The notes under the pieces: model-generated | Databases searched by the model: none | What the model saw: only the letters and a program-made list of their open reading frames with translations | Told to the model about the DNA's origin: nothing | Part shown: positions 60,901-64,000 of the stretch, in pieces | Numbering within the stretch: position 1 is the first letter of the stretch | How the letters are laid out: each line of letters begins with the position of its first letter | Position numbers and translations under genes: made by a program | Origin: a virus | IMG/VR virus record: IMGVR_UViG_3300032257_000004 | Span: 1 to 64,000 of that record | DNA: 64,000 bases | Direction: 5' to 3' (one strand)

Positions 60901-62146
60901 TAAGAACAAAGGAAGCCATGGCGGCGAGTAGCCTGCCCGCAATGAAAACCGAAGCGAACGAAGTAAGGGCTGCTAGCGCCGGGACGATTACCGCTCGGAA
61001 TCGGTAAATCGTGCCCGTCACCGCTTCAAACATCGCCGCCGTACCACGAACGATCTGAATCAAATTCTCACTCTCAAACAAAGACCGCAGCGTGTTGGAT
61101 ACATTGATAACGGTGCGTTCGAATCCAGCTTCCCAGCCCGACAATGCCAAAAGCCGGAAAGCTGTAACCATCCGGTTCATCTCGGCTTGGGCAGACCTGC
61201 GGGAAGCTTCAAGACCGGGTCCAAAGGTACGTCTCAACTCCTCGGCCACTCGGGGCAAGACTTCAGCCGACACCAACTGCCCTGTACGCATCAGGGTGTT
61301 GAATTCGCGGCGCAGACTCTCCGTGGCCGTTTCGACTCCAAAATACGCGCGTACAAACAAGTTGAAAGCACCGGGAAGCCGGTCGCCCAACTGGTTTCTC
61401 AATTCCTCGGCCTGAACTGTACCCTTCGATATCATCTGCTCGAAGGCTTTAATCACGCCTCGCGTTTGCTCCAGATTGAATCGCAGAACGGTGGATGCCT
61501 CGGCCACCGACAAGAAGATATCCCGCGTAGCCTCGCCCGCCAACTGAGTACCAGCGGAAGCGGCGGACATTTGGGCGTACATGTCCGCCAAAGCGAAGAT
61601 GTCGGCACCCAAGTAGTTGGCAATTCCGCGCATATCTTCGAATGCGGCATTAGCCGCTTCTACGGAGCCGAATACTGAGTGCATGACGTTTCGAATACGG
61701 TCGAAACTTGTACCCATCTCGACAATGTGTCGAGCCAGCATTCCTAGGCCGATACCGGCGATGATGCCACGCATAGACCCAAGGGTATTGTTCAGCTGGT
61801 GGATGGACCCCTTCGCCCTTCTAGACGAAGCGGCGGCTCGACCAGCTTTGGCCGAATACCTGTCCAATTGTTTACCAGACCTAAGAAGGGCGGACCCTGC
61901 AGCGTTGACGGCACGGGACATCTTCAATGTTCCGTTTGTCATTTTATCTTGGCCGACTTCAGCCCGTTTCACGGTTTTTGCTAGATCGGACTGTTGTTGA
62001 GCCAGTTTTCTGGTTCTCGACTCAAGAGTTCTAGCGGCTTTAGTTGTGTCTCGTCCAGCGCGACTTAAACGGTCAAGGCGGGTCGACGCCCGCTTTACAG
62101 ACTCTGTCTGTACCTGAAGTTCAAGTGTTGCCGTGTTACTAGCCAT
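57980..62146 (-). CDS. Tape measure protein
   Basis: SKGTVQAEELRNQLG domain, Ala-rich helices, C-terminal MGEAGPEAILPL. Confidence 0.95.
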   Translation of the reverse strand: MASNTATLELQVQTESVKRASTRLDRLSRAGRDTTKAARTLESRTRKLAQQQSDLAKTVKRAEVGQDKMTNGTLKMSRAVNAAGSALLRSGKQLDRYSAKAGRAAASSRRAKGSIHQLNNTLGSMRGIIAGIGLGMLARHIVEMGTSFDRIRNVMHSVFGSVEAANAAFEDMRGIANYLGADIFALADMYAQMSAASAGTQLAGEATRDIFLSVAEASTVLRFNLEQTRGVIKAFEQMISKGTVQAEELRNQLGDRLPGAFNLFVRAYFGVETATESLRREFNTLMRTGQLVSAEVLPRVAEELRRTFGPGLEASRRSAQAEMNRMVTAFRLLALSGWEAGFERTVINVSNTLRSLFESENLIQIVRGTAAMFEAVTGTIYRFRAVIVPALAALTSFASVFIAGRLLAAMASFVLTASGSGGIVGIIAVLAAVATAAATAFGFLGDNVNSSSSSVEDAAELSTDYLDVSIDLSKALDDQKDRTNQLKDSIDILKYSTREAVETQSDYRTVAEQMNWQTMTLAVLGLAAAFNGVAIAANRALASSQAVAAIGAVRAFGGRALGAVRGAGAGAARAGTMAYTASGFAAGFSATMSLFDRNSRRFGARMTSSARRTGVLSKAMRGLLSVVGLNSRAFARIMRSGSRIGGLFGFMTRAAAGLAGVLSTVLRSMGMLLRFVGGPVGLVLGGIGTFAVSSFMENRRRAAVTREFEELQAIMAETNEASLLPANAEQLTEVAEERTEVMDALNEHIRTAQARIDLSQRLIEELNQARARAENPSLFNQDRYGEDAAEWMNSDAVMEGIRENALQGINDRIADQNQHLQDAQAIMEQLGETAANTTEHFDQVEEDLRNFAAFDRDVMNSLNSDAESIQFRVDTIGMDSFEADMHRYRLMMNPVEGAEGALIPRSPEDLELLQSIIDNLGILRVEAGRVSAENTVFGLQVGAMTQMAGEIATIERAAAATTEELLEMAGALGMSEEEIRALVSADTARKIEALNDQFRQLTDMLTRAQSQTDRSRSRVGSIGETRYEGVIRQHREERERITAMIAEANTEAERQIGAGRDETLVTEELTAVLAQYGTQLDLNNQYRERTIAQMQTEGETVAQVTARYALEAEQALATGEALKQLERQRLINERLSEARSAAEEQHELGNRSNPYLTPGERDAIIAGADLQLRNERTAQQAEDSLEVMREAAEEMEKLWEGVADSISTTIMGAFDFTRPRQSINEFLLDIIRAVNDAILEVLRMQVILPIVKSAMRALPFMPFAQGGVFDGPVRAFARGGVMNEPTMFGYGGGRMGLMGEAGPEAILPLARGRDGALGVQMHGQATGGGLSSLVINNETHVHVEGDADAEEIARKTSGQTREALKGLVAETVMEMSNSPGMGGKVTKL

Positions 62147-62510
62147 CGCTCTTTGGGGCCTTAAAATGTTTCAGGTATTGACCGTCTACGGTCTTCAACC
62201 ACTCTATCTCACTCCATTTTAACACAAGACCCGAATAACGACAATAAGCGTCGATGTCCGGCAGAGATATACCGTTAGGCCCCATTCCGTTCGAAGTACG
62301 GAACTTGGAGATGTCCCAGAATAAGTCTATGATTGTCTTGGTGGCGGTGAGTTGCTCCGGCTCAATGTCCTCCGGAGCAACTTCCATACCGGCATCAATG
62401 CGCTCACTGATGTATTCCAACAAATCTTTACCGTTGTCTCCCCCAAAGAGCAGCCTGAATCTCCATTCAGACCATTCAGTCAGGTTGTCAGAGACTTCTA
62501 CGTAAAATTT
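62139..62510 (-). CDS. Tail assembly chaperone, -1 frameshift extension (gpT-like)
   Basis: The -1 frame is open from slippery A AAT TTT (62510-62504) into ORF 62139-62423. Confidence 0.75.
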   Translation of the reverse strand, partial: KFYVEVSDNLTEWSEWRFRLLFGGDNGKDLLEYISERIDAGMEVAPEDIEPEQLTATKTIIDLFWDISKFRTSNGMGPNGISLPDIDAYCRYSGLVLKWSEIEWLKTVDGQYLKHFKAPKSDG

Positions 62511-62905
62511 GTATCGTCCTCCATGAACTCTTCAACCTGATCGCGAAGCCATCGGAAAGTAGGGTCCATAAGAACTTTGTACGCGTTGTCAAAATTGCAA
62601 GGAAGAGCCTCGCCATAAGCGACGATGTTCCAATCGACTACGCACCGGGCTACGGTCTCGGTGTTTTCGTTTTCGATTTGCTCAGCTGAAAGGGAGATTT
62701 TTCTCCGGCCCTTCTGTTTCGAAAGGCGGCGATCCATCACCGTCCGTGAAGATTTTTGGTAATGGTCGGAATAAAGTCCAGCGACGCGAATGTACATCGC
62801 ATCCCCCTCGTTATTCTTCAGAATTTCCCCGGTGGTCGGGTGGGTCAATTCCATTCTGGCACCGTCGTTAGACTTGCCAACTACGTCGATTTCTGAAAGG
62901 TCCAT
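62498..62905 (-). CDS. Tail assembly chaperone (gpG-like)
   Basis: ELTHPTTGE, WLRDQV..F...NF; upstream of the TMP. Confidence 0.85.
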   Translation of the reverse strand: MDLSEIDVVGKSNDGARMELTHPTTGEILKNNEGDAMYIRVAGLYSDHYQKSSRTVMDRRLSKQKGRRKISLSAEQIENENTETVARCVVDWNIVAYGEALPCNFDNAYKVLMDPTFRWLRDQVEEFMEDDTNFT

Positions 62906-62935
62906 GTCTCTATCCTCATTGGTTGAACTAATTCA

Positions 62936-62964
62936 ACCATACCACACTGGGATAACTAAGTCAA
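62936..62964 (-). promoter_or_regulatory. Late-arm sigma70-like promoter without box
   Basis: TTGACT-TAGTTATCCCAGTGTGG-TATGGT on the minus strand. Confidence 0.55.
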
Positions 62965-63416
62965 TAAAATGGAAAGAGAAGAAACAATGTAGCAACTATG
63001 CCCACCGCAAGGAAAGCAAACGAGGTCCAGTTTAGGCGAGCAGAGTCAAAGTTGGGCTGAACCATGTACGATGCTCGAATATGGCCATACGCAGCCAAAA
63101 CCACTGCCACTTCCCTCGATGGAAGATTGGCAACTACTCCCCACTTTATTAAAAACTCTTCAAAGGGGAGACCATAATAAACGGACACCCAAGTTACGAA
63201 CCAATAAAGACCGTCTGTAAATTCCCCCAAAAAGCCTATAAAAATTCCGAGCCCAATCCAATCAGTAGGGCTGACTCCGTGGAAGTTTCGGAACCGAATA
63301 CAATCTTTGGAAATACACTTGAAAGTGTTGTGGTAGCGAATCATGACCCACAAACAAAAAGCCAGAGCCGGAAGAGTCATTCCAATGGACAGGGCCGACA
63401 AAAACTCATAAAACAC
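62961..63416 (-). CDS. Multi-pass (about 4 TM) membrane protein
   Basis: Four hydrophobic segments. Confidence 0.7.
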   Translation of the reverse strand: MFYEFLSALSIGMTLPALAFCLWVMIRYHNTFKCISKDCIRFRNFHGVSPTDWIGLGIFIGFLGEFTDGLYWFVTWVSVYYGLPFEEFLIKWGVVANLPSREVAVVLAAYGHIRASYMVQPNFDSARLNWTSFAFLAVGIVATLFLLFPFY

Positions 63417-63576
63417 CAGAAATACCCCTGACCAAAAGAGCCTCTAGCAACTCTTTAGTGTTATTCTTCTCTGCAGCCTTCTGCACAACTTCTTTTTTCA
63501 ACGTTTTAAGCTGCCCTTCGAGGCGAGAGATTTCGTTCTCCGTGTCTTCTCGTTTTTTCCGTCTACGGGGAAGCAT
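63406..63576 (-). CDS. 56-aa basic coiled-coil protein (not in the ORF track)
   Basis: MLPRRRKKREDTENEISRLEGQLKTLK...; overlaps both neighbours. Confidence 0.55.
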   Translation of the reverse strand: MLPRRRKKREDTENEISRLEGQLKTLKKEVVQKAAEKNNTKELLEALLVRGISGVL

Positions 63577-63751
63577 CCATCTGACCCCTGAGTTCGATCC
63601 AAGTATTAATTTGGTCTTTTAAGTTGGCGAGATACTCTTTTTCAATTTCCCGTTTAGCCTCAGCCTCTTTTCTCCATAGCCAGAAGAAAAGACCCGCCAT
63701 AAAGAAGCCCGGTCCGTTTTCAAATAAATATGGGACAAGGGCGGCTTCCAT
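63563..63751 (-). CDS. Single-TM + coiled-coil protein (holin-like topology)
   Basis: GPGFFMAGLFFWLW followed by a charged helix. Confidence 0.6.
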   Translation of the reverse strand: MEAALVPYLFENGPGFFMAGLFFWLWRKEAEAKREIEKEYLANLKDQINTWIELRGQMDASP

Positions 63752-63779
63752 GGCGGATGCTTTCTAACTCAGGGAGAAT

Positions 63780-64000
63780 TTACGCTGATAGGAACCAGAC
63801 AAGAGCCTTAGTACCGAGAGTTGGGTCTTCCTCTGCGTAGAACGTGATGTTCTCCACAACGGACTGGCCAGAGTTACCCTTAGGCGCAGCCGTGATGACT
63901 ACATTCGGGAATTCCATGACCATAACATGCCCATCCTTCTGATCCTTCAGAGTGACGATCAGACGGAATCGAGTACCAGCGATGTATTTTTGGCGCATCG
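63780..64000 (-). CDS. Major tail tube protein, C-terminal part
   Basis: Beta-rich ...LKDQKDG..MEFPNV...; position upstream of the chaperones; runs off the window. Confidence 0.65.
   Translation of the reverse strand, partial: MRQKYIAGTRFRLIVTLKDQKDGHVMVMEFPNVVITAAPKGNSGQSVVENITFYAEEDPTLGTKALVWFLSA

Noticed and set aside
41679-62000. Numerous + strand ORFs up to 354 aa opposite the tail genes
   Set aside because: Antisense shadows of long coding frames with no recognisable motifs
1-64000. tRNA, rRNA, integrase, intron or intein
   Set aside because: No cloverleaf or T-loop signature noticed in the short intergenic gaps; nrdA, nrdB and polA are uninterrupted and of normal length; tRNAscan-SE would be needed to exclude tRNAs formally

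Overview
A 64 kb segment of a dsDNA tailed phage (siphovirus with lambda-type tail genes), probably infecting a Gram-negative host given the two-component spanins. Two arms converge at about 38,800. The + arm (1-38,780) holds about 65 small, translationally coupled early ORFs, then a replication and nucleotide-metabolism module: Prim-Pol/SF3 helicase, class I RNR alpha and beta, MazG-like, HAM1-like, family A DNA polymerase, dCMP deaminase, two DEDD exonucleases, an NrdR-like zinc ribbon and SSB-like proteins. The - arm (38,816-64,000) holds the tail tube C-terminus, a frameshifted tail chaperone, the tape measure, M/L/K/I, a 4,730-aa J/fibre/depolymerase fusion, accessory fibre genes and an endolysin-holin-spanin cassette. 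The most notable non-coding signals are (i) a perfect chromosomal-type parS palindrome at 674-689 inside nested inverted repeats next to the first early promoter, (ii) a CAGCCCC box in the spacers of about 13 sigma70-like early promoters that is absent from two late-arm promoters, and (iii) an approximately 800-bp gene-free, repeat-rich element at 6,580-7,400. All calls come from motif recognition by eye; no database searches were run.
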